Positions 25,991-38,727 of a stretch of DNA of 64,000 nucleotides are shown here, piece after piece. Numbering within the stretch: the stretch's first letter is position 1; each line of letters begins with the position of its first letter. The notes under the pieces are model-generated. The model searched no databases. It was not told the DNA's origin and saw only the letters and a program-made list of their open reading frames with translations. The position numbers were made by a program, and so were the translations under genes. The DNA is from Octopus vulgaris (Eukaryota). Location of the stretch: contig OX597818.1 of assembly GCA_951406725.2 (NCBI GenBank), forward strand, positions 124,806,001 to 124,870,000, in the 5' to 3' direction.

Positions 25991-26031
<41 letters not shown>

Positions 26032-26648
26032 GGGAAACAAGCTTTTATATGCAGAAGTTGCACAGGTACAATAAACGCTGAAAATGGACAAAAAATAGAC
26101 TCCATCAACTGCCAGTGGGGTAAGCTAGAGGTAGTAGATAGCTTCTGATATCTAGGCGAACAAGTTAGTAGTGGAGGTGGATGTTCCGAGAGTGTAGCTG
26201 TAAGAGTAGGATTAGGATGGGCAAAGTTCAAAGAGCTCCTACCCTTGCTTGCAACAGTTCCTGGGCCTCATGGAGGCAAAGTGGCTGAGTTCCTTTCAAG
26301 TGTTGGGCTTCATGGAGGTAATGACCAAGACCTTTGGGCATTATGTCATGCTTAAGAAGAAGATGCATCAAGTCGAGCAAACTCGCAGTCATGGCAGATA
26401 CTAGTGTCACACAAATTGGTACCCATGCTGGTGGCACATAGAAACACCCCAGTGACATGCCGGTGGCACATAAAAGCACCCACTACACTCTCAGAATGGT
26501 TGGCGTTAGGAAGGGCATCCAGCCTGTAGAAACTCTGCCAGATCAAGTTTGGAGCCTGGTGCAGCCTTGGTTTCGCCAGTCTTCAGTCAAATCGTCCAAC
26601 CTATACTAGCATGGAAAGCGGACGTTAAACGATGATGATGATAATGAT
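26032..26648 (+). mobile_element. Internally deleted RTE LINE: RT-distal fragment joined to 3' UTR
   Basis: FICRSCTG...KLEVVDSF*YLGEQVSSGGGCSESVAVRVGLGWAKFKELLPLL, then a jump at ~26257 to UTR-type sequence with core motifs and (GAT)n. Confidence 0.8.
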
Positions 26649-26661
26649 ATACGCACGCACG

Positions 26662-26730
<69 letters not shown>

Positions 26731-26975
26731 GGTAGAATGTTAATTTTAGAAACAAGTTCATTTGCTTCTGTATTTTTACATTCACATAATTTCTTTTCTT
26801 TTAGCCCTTTAGCATTTAAACTGGTTATATCTGGCCAAAATATTCTACCTGTTTTATGTTCAAACAGGCCAGATCAAGCCCTTCACACCTACCCTACAAT
26901 ATCATTCTAAAAAACTAACAGTTGGGTTATAAAAATCTGAAAGTTGTAAGACAATGCATGATTAATTCATAAACA

Positions 26976-27177
26976 GTGAGGGCGCGTGGCTTAGTGGTTA
27001 GGGCATTCGGCTCATGATCGTAAGGTTGTGAGTTCGATTCCCGGCGACGCGTTGTGTCCTTGAGCAAGACACTTTATTCTGTGGAATGCTCAGCCATTTG
27101 CACGTTAATTTCACGAGCAAGCTGTTCCGTTGATCGTATCAGCTGGGACCCTCGTCGTCGTAACCAGCGGAGTCTTT
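26976..27177 (+). mobile_element. tRNA-headed SINE (family D) nested in a piggyBac-type MITE
   Basis: GGCGCGTGGCTTAGTGGTTAGG...GAGTTCGATTCCC head; 14-bp TSD TTAATTCATAAACA at 26962-26975 and 27178-27191. Confidence 0.88.
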
Positions 27178-27199
27178 TTAATTCATAAACAATGTGAAT

Positions 27200-27583
27200 C
27201 CGTGCCAGTGGCACGTAAAAAGCACCATTTGGGCGTGATCGTTACCAGCATCGCCTTACTGGCACTTGTGCCGTTGACATGTGAAAAAACATTCGAGCAA
27301 GGTCGTTGCCAATGCCGCTGGACTGGCTCCTGTGCAGGTGGCACATAAAAACACCATTTGAGCGTGGCTGTTGCCAGTACCACCTGACTGGCCCTCATGC
27401 CGGTGGCACATAAAAGCACCCACTACACTCTCAGAATGGTTGGCGTTAGGAAGGGCATCCAGCTGTAGAAACTCTGCCAGATCAAGTTTGGAGCCTGGTG
27501 CAGCCATCTGGTTTCGCCAGTCTTCAGTCAAATCGTCCAACCTATACTAGCATGGAAAGCGGACGTTAAACGATGATGATGAT
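27200..27583 (+). mobile_element. RTE-LINE 3' UTR fragment nested in the same MITE
   Basis: Four core or core-like motifs, terminal stem-loop and (GAT)n; MITE sequence resumes after 27583. Confidence 0.8.
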
Positions 27584-30500
27584 ACATTTAACAGAATAAT
27601 ACGAATGCTAAAGGGTTAACCTCTCTTCATATTGTGAAGGTTTATGGTTTTGTGGTCAGGGTTCAGAGATTATAAAGTTTTAAATTCAATTCCAGGATCA
27701 AGTAGCACATTGAGTTCTTGAGCAAGGCACTTCATTTGACACTGCTCCAGTTTATTCAGCTGTAAATGAGTACCAGCTGGCTGCTGGTGCAGCTTTCTCC
27801 TCCCCCAACATTTACATCCAATATGCCCCATGAGGTCAAGTGTGTGGTTAGATCAAAAGGGTGTTTATGTCTACTCGTGACTACATAGGTACCAAAAACT
27901 ACAAGTAAAACTAAGGTACAATGTTACCAAGCCATATTTGTTCACAAGGGACAGTTGTGTTTTTTGGTTTTTTTCTTTATCTTGTGCATACTAACTTGTT
28001 TGAGATCACCTTTGGTTCTGAGATACAACACTCAAGTTTAACCCTTCAGCACTTAACCCTTTTGTTACTGTATTTATTTTGAGATGCTCTGTGTTTCTTC
28101 CAATTATTTTAAATATAAGAAAGAATTTAGTAAAATAACATCGTTATCATTGAGCTAGTGTTAGGAACATAAATTGTGACTAAGATTTGGTGGAAATTTT
28201 GAATTCAAAACTTATGAAAACAAGACATTTATACTAAAGAGCCAGAGCCGGTTTCAGCCGGGTTGGTAACGAAACAGGCCATATTCCAACCAAAATAGTC
28301 TCCCTGTTTTATGCTCAAACTGGCCACATCCGACCTCTCACACCTACCCTACAATATTAGCCTAAAAACTATACACCCACATAATCAAAATCTCAAGGCT
28401 ACAAGATAATGCAGGATAAATTCAAAACAATGTAAATAAATTAGCATTACATTTGATAGAGTAATCTAAATGCTAATGGGGTAAAGCCTACAACCTATAT
28501 AGGTTAAAGCCTATATCATAAGTTTATAAGGCGGCGAGCTGGCAGAGACATTAGCACGCCGGGCGAAGTGCTTCACACTATTTCGCCCTTCACTATGTTC
28601 TGGGTTCAAATCCTTCTGAGTCAATTTTGCCTTTCATCTTTTGCAGTCAAATAAACCAATCTAGGACAATAGATTAACAGAACAAGAACACCAGACTTGA
28701 TGCCATGTGGTATGTCCTTGTTTGTCCCCTCAATGTTTAGCCCCTTGTGGGTAATAAAGAAATATATATCATAAGTTTATGCATCTTTTATCTTTCACTT
28801 GTTTCAGTCTTCAGACAGCGGCCATGCTGGGGCACTGCTCTGAAAGGTTTTAGCCAAACAGATTAACCCCAGCACTTAATATATATATTTTTTTTTTAAG
28901 TGCTGGACTTATTGTATTAGTCTCTTTTGCTGAACTATTATGTTACAGGGGACACAGACAAATCAACACAAGTTGCCAAGCAGTGGGAAGACAAGACAAA
29001 CACACATACATACACACACGTGTGCATGCGCATGTGGTGAAATATGGCTACAAAAGACTTAGTACTGTGATATCACGTCATTCCTCAAAATCAAACACAG
29101 ACAGACAGAAAATAATGCTGCCAGTGACATTAGGAGACAATAAATAAATAAATAAACAAATAAATAATGGTTTTTTCACATTTCTAAAAATTTCATTTCC
29201 CATCATATCATTACTGACTGTGATATCAGTTTGCTGTGATTTACTAAATTTTGACACATCTGTAAAAATCGCTGACATTTCCATATTTGTCTTTCAACCA
29301 AAAGAACTCAAATACATTTAAATGTAATGCGAGACACTGTTTTGTTTTTAATCCTTTTACCATCACAGCATCATGTTTTTGAAATTCTATCACATTTTAT
29401 TCATATCACTATTATTATTATTATTATTATTAATAACCCAATAAGTTCAGGGTTTGGTAATAAATATAGGATTTCTTTTTTCTTTTTTTTTTATGCCCCC
29501 TATTTTTCTATTAACTCCTGACAGCAATATATTGTACATAGCCAACAATGAGTTGGGAGAGTCATTAAGATCAAATATTAAGCTTCATGGTATTTGTTCT
29601 GACACTCAAGGTTCTGGGTTCAAATCTTTCTGAGTCAATTTTGCCTTTCATCTTTTGCAGTCAAATAAACCAATCTAGGACAATAGATTAACAGAACAAC
29701 AAGAACACCAGACTTGATGCCATGTGGTATTTGTTCCATCAATTTGCATTCTGGGTTCCAATCCTGCAAGGGCTTATATGAATGTAGACATAATCTGTTG
29801 CTAGGTTTAACCTTGGGTACCTTTAATGTAAGTGGAGTCCACTCTATTGCAAGATTTTGGGACCATATCTTTGGTTTTAGGGTAATTTCTTTCCAGCCTC
29901 AGAAGCCTTGCAGAGAGTTATGGACACCATTCTACCCTTCCAAACTACATGATTAGAAAGAAGAAAAAAAAAAGAAAGAGAAAGAGAAAGAAAGAAAAAC
30001 CAAACAATGCCTAGACTGAAGTGAAGAATAACTTTTAACTTCCTGAAAATCAAACACAGACAGACAGAAAATAATGCTGCCAGTGACATTAGGAGACAAT
30101 AAATAAATAAATAAACAAATAAATATGGTTTTTTCCCCCAAAAAAGAATAGGAATCATGTCATAGGAGCAGAAGCAACAGCAATGGCTCTGAAAATGAGT
30201 GTAGAGCAGACATCCAACAAATCTCATTCCAAGAGACAACAATTTCATGTCAGGTTTTCTTTCTTTTTTTATTATTTTTTTTATTTTTTACTATTTTCTG
30301 TTTTTATTTATTTTTATTTTTTTTCTTTCCATGTCTGTGAAGTAACATCAAAGGCAGTCTCTTAAAGTAGTCAGTTTGTACTCCGAGACTAACGTGTTTG
30401 CATCACGATCAATTGTATATGACAGTAGACAGTGGAAATAACCGGCACATATTAACTCCTAGCATAAGATTAACTTGAAAATATTGTTTAGAGAGAAGCA

Positions 30501-31759
30501 TTATAATCAACGTATTTTTTTTAAAGTTTTACTATTATGTTTGTTTTTGTCTACAATTTCACCATCAAACATTGAAGAATCTCAGATTGGTAGAGAGATC
30601 AATTGCTAAACATGGAATGAAAGGAAAGAAAAAAAAAAAACAACTTTTTAATCATTAGTGTTAGTTATCAATCTAAGAAATGCTGGGTAGCTGCAGCTTT
30701 TGTGTAAATGCATAAGCACACACACACACACACATGTATATATAATAGGATGGCAATAGAACTGATGAAAAAGCTTCAATCATTTTGCTTTACTGCTGTG
30801 CTGCAAATATTTGATGTCAATTGCATTCATTTAGGTTTTCCAATAACACAGGATTACCATAGTTGTCTTATATAGTCTGTACACAGTTTAAAAATTAATC
30901 CCAAAATAAATAATTTCTTTTAGATGTGTTCTATATTACAGATTAAAAAAAAAAAAAATTTTTTTTAATAATCAAAGATAATCATCTATGCCACCTTAGA
31001 CTATAAATGGATAAAATCAAATGCCACAAGATAGCTCGACACTATTGATTCTGTGATCTACCACTATTTATGAGGGTGTTTGGCTTTGTGGTGAGGGCGC
31101 TGTATTCATGATCATGAGATTGTGGTTTCAATTCCTAGACTGGGTGGGTGGTGCAATCTGTTCTTAAATAAAGCACTTCATCTGATATTGCTCTGCAATC
31201 ACTTTGATATCTGATGTGTGGCACAACATGCACTTCTGCAGGCAATGTTGATGTGATAGAGGGAATGAGATAATGCACAGTACAAACATTTGGTCACTAC
31301 AAACAAATCCTCTGTGTAGGTTGTTCAGCAAGAAACTGTGGAGCCCTAACCCTTAACCTTCAATTGCTTCTCCTTTTTTTTGATAAGTTCAAGCTTAATA
31401 GATCATTAAGCTGACTCTGAGAACAAGAATAGGTCTCATCTACACAAACTTGGTTTCTATGGCTGGATGCCCTTCCTAACACCAATCATTCCACAAAGTG
31501 TACTGAGTGCTTTATACATGTCACCAGCATGGTACCTTTTGCATGTCACTAGCACAAATGCTTTTTACACATCATTGGCACAGGTGCCCCTTATATGTCT
31601 CTGGCACAAAGGCCCTCTACGTGTCACCAGCACAGGTGCCGTTAATATGTCACCAGCATTGGCCATGATCATGATTTCACTTAGCTTGGCATGTCTTCTC
31701 AAGCACAGCAATTCACCAGAAGATCTCACTGAGATCAAAAATCATCTCCCAGTTTAATG

Positions 31760-32730
31760 GACCCACACCAGAGCTATACAGTCTAGTATCAATAGCTATA
31801 TCAACACAATCTCTCTCACATTTGAATATTTCAAATCCTTCATCACCTTAACTTTTAACATCACATTCTAGGATTTACTTCTTTAATCTCCACTACTTCA
31901 GTGACCATTTAAGACAATGGTTTCCACCCCAACTCCTTCATTGCTATCTCTGCCTTAAACAAACCCACTGTGTTCCACTCTTACCTTAACTTCACCTCAT
32001 CCCACTCTACTGACACCAAGTTTACCCTACTTTCAATTTCTTTCTTCTGCAGCCCTGACCTTGACTTTAGCCAACCAGTTTCCATTCATGGTCCGACTCT
32101 TTAAAGAGCAACAATACTCCTATCTTAGATCAAAATTGCCTTCATTCATGCCTGTGATGTCAACTGCACATCTATATTTTCATCTCAAATCCATCCCATG
32201 ACTAACTACCTTCCATCCATATACCTTTCTAGCAAACCATTCAACAACCCTTCTGACTCTTCCAATTGACTCCCCAATCCACCTCTCACTTCCTTTAAGC
32301 ATGTCTGTAACCTACATGACTTACTGGTCCACAGCTCATTGCCCACCCTATACACCCAACGTGAGCCCTTCATCTGCTCCCTTCTCTTTCTACACCTGTC
32401 CAACCTTTCTCAACACTATTCTTTCCACATCACAGACCATATCACATTCACCTACACCCACCACAATCTCATTTACTATATCCAATGCCAACTATACAGA
32501 TTGCTCATGCGCAAGCCAAATAGATCAGAGATTAGCCACTGGTTCACTGAACATCTTAGAGATATCAGACTTGACAACATCACATCACCAATTACCAGCC
32601 ACTTCTGTTCAGTGGACCATGTCCCTTGGCACCTCTCCACTTATGCTCTTACCTTTCACAACATACTTCTTTCCTCACATATTATCTCTCAGCTCAAAAC
32701 AATTCCATCACATGGATTAAACCACTCTCT
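31760..32730 (+). mobile_element. Decayed Penelope-like element (GIY-YIG endonuclease remnant)
   Basis: FTYTHHNLIYYIQCQ...WFTEHLRDIRLDN..SPITSHFCSVDH matches the PLE pattern FTCTSxNLIYCIxCxxC...RFAEHLRDI...PVxxHF; C/T-rich coding strand. Confidence 0.75.
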
Positions 32731-33590
32731 TGAAATTTTATCTACTTACATCCATACAGAGATACAATCCTCTAAACACAGCATATCTACATCAAAATAC
32801 AATACACATACATATCACATATGCACAGATTACAACATATTTACACACACAATTTACCACATACTCATTACACCTGACTTCAATCTACCAGCAAAAAAAA
32901 CAAAAAACAAATACAATTTTGTCTCTGCTTCACTTCCTATTCTCTTTCCTGTATGGTAAAAACACATCACCATCTTTCTCTCTCTCTCTCTCCTTCTCAT
33001 CCCTCATTTTACATGTTTTCTTTTTTTCCCCAGTGAAAAAACATTTAGTCTGAAATGTAAGACTTTTCTATAAACAATTTTCCCCACTCTCTAGTGTAAA
33101 GTTAATACTTAATCTTTTCATTACCATTAGTCATTTGAGCTTTTTTTCAAAAAGACTCTTGAATTTTCAACATGCTAACACAGCTACCAGATCAGTTCTC
33201 TTGGATTATTTATATGTGGATTACATTAAATCTATGATTTCTTTCGTCGTCATCATCGTCATCAGCGTTTAACATCTATTTTCCATGCTGGCATGGGTTG
33301 GACGGTTTGACAGGAGCTGGCCAACAAGGGAGCTATCCAGACTCCAATTGTCTGTTGTGGCAAGGTTTTTAAGGGTGGACGACCTTCCTAGTGCCAACCA
33401 CTTTACAGAGTGTGCTGGGTGCTTTTTGCATGCTCCCAGCAGTGGTGTGTTTATGCAGCACCAGCACAAGTGCATTTTACATGGCACCGGCACCTGTAAA
33501 AGCCATGTCCGTATGTATGGATGACCACGATTTTACTGCACGTTCTCAAGTACAGCAAATCACCACAATTCCCAGTCCCTTGTCATTTCG

Positions 33591-33630
<40 letters not shown>

Positions 33631-33634
<4 letters not shown>

Positions 33635-34138
33635 TCATCATCGTTTAACATCCGCTTTCCATACTGGCATGGGTTGGACGGTTCAACTGGGGTCCGGGAA
33701 GCCAGAAGGCTGCACCAGGCCCAGTCTGATCTGGCAGCGTTTCTATTGCTGGATGCCCTTCCTAACGCCAACCACTCTGTGAGTGTAGTGGGTGCTTTTT
33801 ACGTGCCACCGGCACAGGTGCCAGACGAGGCTGGCAAACAGCCACGATCGGATGGTGCTTTTTACGTGCCACTGGCACGGGGACCAGACGGAGCTGGCAA
33901 TGGCCACGGTCGGATGGTGCTTTTTACGTGCCACCTGCACGGAGGCCAGTCTGGCGGCGCTGGCTACGGCCACGTTCGGATGGCTCTCTTACGTGCCACC
34001 GGCACTGGTATCACAGCTACAAATTCCATTGATGTTGATAGATTACGATTTTGATTTTCACTTGCCTCAACAGGTCTTCACAAGAGGAGTTTTGTGTCCC
34101 AAGAAGGAAAGGAATGCATAAGTGGGCTGGCTGCATCC
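33631..34138 (-). mobile_element. Essentially complete RTE-LINE 3' UTR (~500 bp, 4 modules)
   Basis: 34060-34135 matches 24820-24880, which lies just after the ORF2 stop of the 24058 copy. Confidence 0.85.
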
Positions 34139-35184
34139 CAATATATATATATGTTTAGTAACAATTTGATTCAGATCCATGCAACTTAAAGTTTTGTAGA
34201 GCTGTCATGCAAACTGAGATCCTCATGCATGGAGCAGAATCAAACTGTTATTAAATACCAATATATGTACTCCTAACCAATGTGTTGAGTGCCTCTTTCT
34301 CCTTCTGTTCACTCACTTGTGTATACACACACACATGTAAATAAATAAGCACAGGACATAGTGGTTAGGGTGTAGGCTCACAGACTTTAGGTCACGGATT
34401 CAATTCTCGGAACAGGTAACATATCGGACAAAGCACTTCATTTCACGTTGCCCCAGTACACTCAACTGAAAATGAGTATTTACAAACCCTGGAGATTAAC
34501 CCTGCAAACGACTGACATCTTGCTGAGGAAGTTGGAAACATTGTGAGCCTGAATGCCTTGAAAATTTAAATGTGCTCCAACTATATGAGTCTGGTGTGAA
34601 GCAGACTGTGTGTGTGTGTGCATTATTTGTCTCAGTAACTAGGCTATAGCCATGCTGGAGCACTGCTTTGAAGGATTATGCCAAACAAATCAATCAAAGT
34701 ACTTCTTTTATGCCTGGTATTTATTCTACCAATCTCTTTTGCCAAACTGCTAAGTTACAGGGATATAAACAAACCTACACCAACTATCAAACAGTGGTGA
34801 GGGACAAATACAACAAAAAGACACATACACACACACACGTGTTTGTGTGTGTACTTGTATATATGATGGGCTTCTTTCAGTTTCTGTCAACCAAATCCAT
34901 TCACAAGGCGTTGGTCATCAGTTCAGATATAAAAGCAAAGTCTTTATAATCTCAAAAGGTACTTGAGTCCATAATATAACCTTGAAGACTATAGGCATTT
35001 ATTCCTGTTACAGTTCTTTATTTTAACCATCATGGCTAATCGCATGCAAGTGTAGCACCTTCACACGATATGATCTCTTCTATTTTCTCATTTATTCTTT
35101 ATCAATTTGAAATAATGCCCTCCAAAAACAATTTGTTTATAAAAGTAACTTGATGAGGATGATGATAATAATAATAATAATAAA

Positions 35185-35447
35185 AAGACAGTCAGTCACT
35201 GGCTGACACTCGCTGACAATACATCGAAGAGGCCAGGGAACAGAAGAAAGAAGACATGCACCCAACACCAGAGCTGAAGACACCTCCGAAAGGGGGGGGC
35301 CCCACCATGTCGAAACGGTAGATGAATAGGGGCCGAAACCGGATGTGGTTCCTCCTGATGATGTCTTGAGCTAGCTGGATCCTATAAAGGAGCTGTTGCG
35401 GTAGCAGACCACGAAACACGGTTGTAATTCCTCAGATAATAATAATA
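35185..35447 (+). mobile_element. ~250-bp dispersed element with hammerhead-ribozyme core motifs (PLE terminal repeat or retrozyme-like), copy 1
   Basis: CTGAAGA 35274..CGAAAC 35311 and CTGATGA 35355..CGAAAC 35412; (TAA)n tail; second copy at 61843-62100 has the same ends. Confidence 0.6.
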
Positions 35448-36687
35448 ATAGATTGTCAAGAAAGTTCTTGTGGAACTTTTAATTTTGGTTTTAAATGATG
35501 TATTTTCAAATTAATTTTCTATATCACTTTAGAGCCCGTTTTGCGCTCTATCTAATCCTGTTACTCTTTTTCTTTTTCAATAATTAGGCCATTTTTTTCC
35601 GGAACGTTGAATACAACATAGACAAAAAGCAAATTTGCACAATCTTCTTATTCCAGTTCAAGCTAGGCCAAAAAGCCGCTGAAACAGCTTGCGATATCAA
35701 CGATGCGTTTGGCCCAGGAACCACTATTGAACGTGCAGCACAATGGTGGTTCAAGAAACTTTGTAGTGGTGACGAGAGTCTTGAAGATGATAAGCGTAGT
35801 GGTCGGCCATCGGAATTTGACAACGATCAACTAAGAGCCTTAGTGGAAGCCAATCCACTCACAACTATTCAAGAGCTTGCTTCTGAATTAGACATAACAT
35901 ATACGACAATTTCCAACCGCTTGAAAGAGATTGGAAAAACAAAAATACTTGAGAAATGAGTGCTGCACGAATTGAATGACAACCAGAAAAAAACGCTGTT
36001 TTGAAGTGTCGCCTTCCCTTCTTTTACGCAACAAGAACGACCCGTTTCTCAACCGGATTGCGACTTGCAATGAAAAGTGGATTCCTTACAACAACCAGCA
36101 ATGCTCAGTGGCTGGACACCGACGAAGCTCTACAGCCCTTCCCGAAACCAAGGCTACACCAAAAGAAGGTCATGGTAACTGTTTGGTGGTCTGCAGCCAG
36201 TCTCATCCATCAGAGCTTTTTGGATCCAGGCAAAACCATTATAGTGAAGTACTGTCAGCAAATGGATGAAATGCATAAGAAACTCCAACAACAACAGCCA
36301 GCATTGGTCAATAGAAAAGGACCAATTCTTCTCCATGCTGCACGTCGCACAACTGACCCAGCAGAAGTTGAACAAATTGGGCTACGAAACTCTGCCTCGT
36401 CTGCCATACTCACCAGACCTCTCGCCTACCGAAAACCACTTTTTCAAGCATTGCGACAACTTCCTGCATGAGAAATGCTTCAAAAACCAAGACGATACCA
36501 AACACGACTTCATCGCCACCAGAACGCAGGATTTTTATGCTACTGGCATAAATAAGCTTGTTTCGCATTGGCAAAAGTGTGTTGATTCTGATGGTGTTTA
36601 TTTTGATTAATAAAGTTTTGTTTAAGCCGAGATATGGGCATCTGAATTTAAAGGTTAAAAACCGCAAGAACTTTCTTGACAACCTAA
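35448..36687 (+). mobile_element. Near full-length mariner (cecropia subfamily, Hsmar1-like) with decayed transposase ~35618-36610
   Basis: TA-flanked imperfect TIRs (ATAGATTGTCAAGAAAGTTCTTGTGG / CCGCAAGAACTTTCTTGACAACCTAA). Translation DKKQI..IFLFQFKLGQKAAET..DINDAFGPGT..QWWFKK..GDESLEDDKRSGRPSE...KKVMVTVWWSAA...LVNRKGPILLH...PYSPDLSPT...FYATGINKLVSHWQKCVDSDGVYFD*. Start codon mutated; stops and frameshifts present. Confidence 0.95.
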
Positions 36688-37589
36688 TAGCTTCTAATTT
36701 AGGCACAATGCCAGTGATTTGTAGGGAAGAGAGTCAATTACTTCAAACCCAGTATTTGACTGATACGTTGATTTATCAACCGCAAAAGGATGAAAGGCAA
36801 AGTTAACCATGGCAAGATTTGAACTCAGAACATAAAAACCAAATACTAGTATAGGTACAAAGTCTGAAATTTTAGTAGGGAGTGTGGGGCCAGTTGATTG
36901 TTTCGATCCCAGTGCTCAACTGGTACATGTTTGATTGACCCTGAAAGGATGAAGTCTAAGTGGACCTCACTGGCATTTGAACTTAGGATGTAAAGACAAC
37001 AAATCGCTTTACTGCAAAGCATTTTGTCCAGTGTGCTAATGATTCTGCCAGCTTGCCACCTTACCAGACATTACAACAACAACAATAATAAAATATTAAC
37101 TGTGAGCTAAACCTTCAGACAAAAGGCTCGACACACAGAGACTGAAATTGAAAATAAATAAGCTTTCATTCCACCTACTAGTGTCTCTTACATATTCTTG
37201 ATTGTGTTGTTGCTAAGCCAATTTATATGTCTTCTTTATTTTGCAAATTTACATATTTATTTCATTTTTTAACTACTGCTATTTTCCTCTAGTTGCTACG
37301 TTTGAGAATAATAATTGATATGACAATCTTTTGCAGAGCTGATTAGCTGATCTCTCGGATGTATGGCAACAGTAACAGTCAATGATATAAACACAAACAA
37401 ATAGCTGGATAGAGAGATGTGATAGAAAGACGACGATGCCAAAAGAGCAGACAGATAAAATAGACTAGACAGATGTGGTTATGGCTTTCTGAAAGATTAA
37501 GAGAGGAATTAATAGACAGGTAGATGTAGGGTAGGGGTTGCAGTCAGATAAATGCAGGAAATTCAGGTAGACAGGAGTAAAGAAGGTGG

Positions 37590-38490
37590 GTGAGATAAAG
37601 ATGTGAGACAGGGGAGTAACAGACAGGTGGATGTGAGACAAGGTAATGAGACACATGTGAAGTAGAGGAGCATCAGACAAACAGATGTGGTATAAGGGGT
37701 GACAGCCAGGCAGATGTGAGACAGGGAACTGACAGACAGACAGGCAGATCTGAGACAGGGGAGTGAGAGACAAGCTGATTTGAGACAGGTGAGTGACAGA
37801 CAGGTAGATTTGTAACCAGTGAGGCAGATTTGAGACAAGGGAGTGACAGACAGGTAGATTTGAGACAAGGGAATGACAGACAGGCAGATTTGAAATGAGA
37901 GTGACAGACAGGGAGATTTGAGACAAGAGAGTGACAGACAGGCAGATTTGAGACGAGGGAGTCACAGACAGGCAGATTTGAGACGAGAGAGTCACAGACA
38001 CGCAGGTTTGAGACGAGGGAGTCACAGACATGCAGGTTTGAGACGAGGGAGTCACAGACAGGCAGATTTGAGACAAGGGAGTCACAGACAGGCAGATTTG
38101 AGACAAGGGAGTCACAGACAGACAGATTTGAGATGAGGGAGTCACAGAGAGGCAGATTTGAGACAAGGGAGTCACAGACAGACAGATTTGAGATGAGGGA
38201 GTCACAGAGAGGCAGATTTGAGACAAGGGAGTCACAGACAGGCAGATTTGAGACGAGAGAGTCACAGACAGGCAAATTTGAGACGAGGGAGTCACAAACA
38301 CGCAGGTTTGAGACGAGGGAGTCACAGACAGGCAGATTTGAGATGAGGGAGTCACAGACAGGCAGATTTGAGACGAGGGAGTCACAGACAGGCAGATTTG
38401 AGACGAGGGAGTCACAGACAGGCAGATTTGAGACGAGGGAGTCACAGACAGGCAGATTTGAAACAGGGGAGTGACATAAGGGGTGACAAA
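37590..38490. repeat. 30-bp minisatellite GAGACGAGGGAGTCACAGACAGGCAGATTT
   Basis: About 18 regular units at 37920-38460, with progressively degenerate units to the left. Confidence 0.95.
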
Positions 38491-38727
38491 TGAGTAAGGT
38501 AAAACAGAGAAATAGGTATAAAGTTGAACACAGAGATGTGTGGTGATAAATAAATATACCAGAAAGTGGTAGGGACAGTAATACCATGAGGATAGAATTT
38601 TAAAAGCTGCAAGAAACAGAAACAAATGATGGAGGTGGGTGTATGAATACATAGATGGATGGGATAGATAGAAAATGCAGATGTATTATAAACAATTGAA
38701 AAAATGACAAACAGTTTTACACCAATA

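Noticed and set aside
26980-27050. tRNA gene candidate
   Set aside because: A/B boxes belong to a SINE head that continues into a SINE body with a TSD; no proper acceptor stem or terminator.
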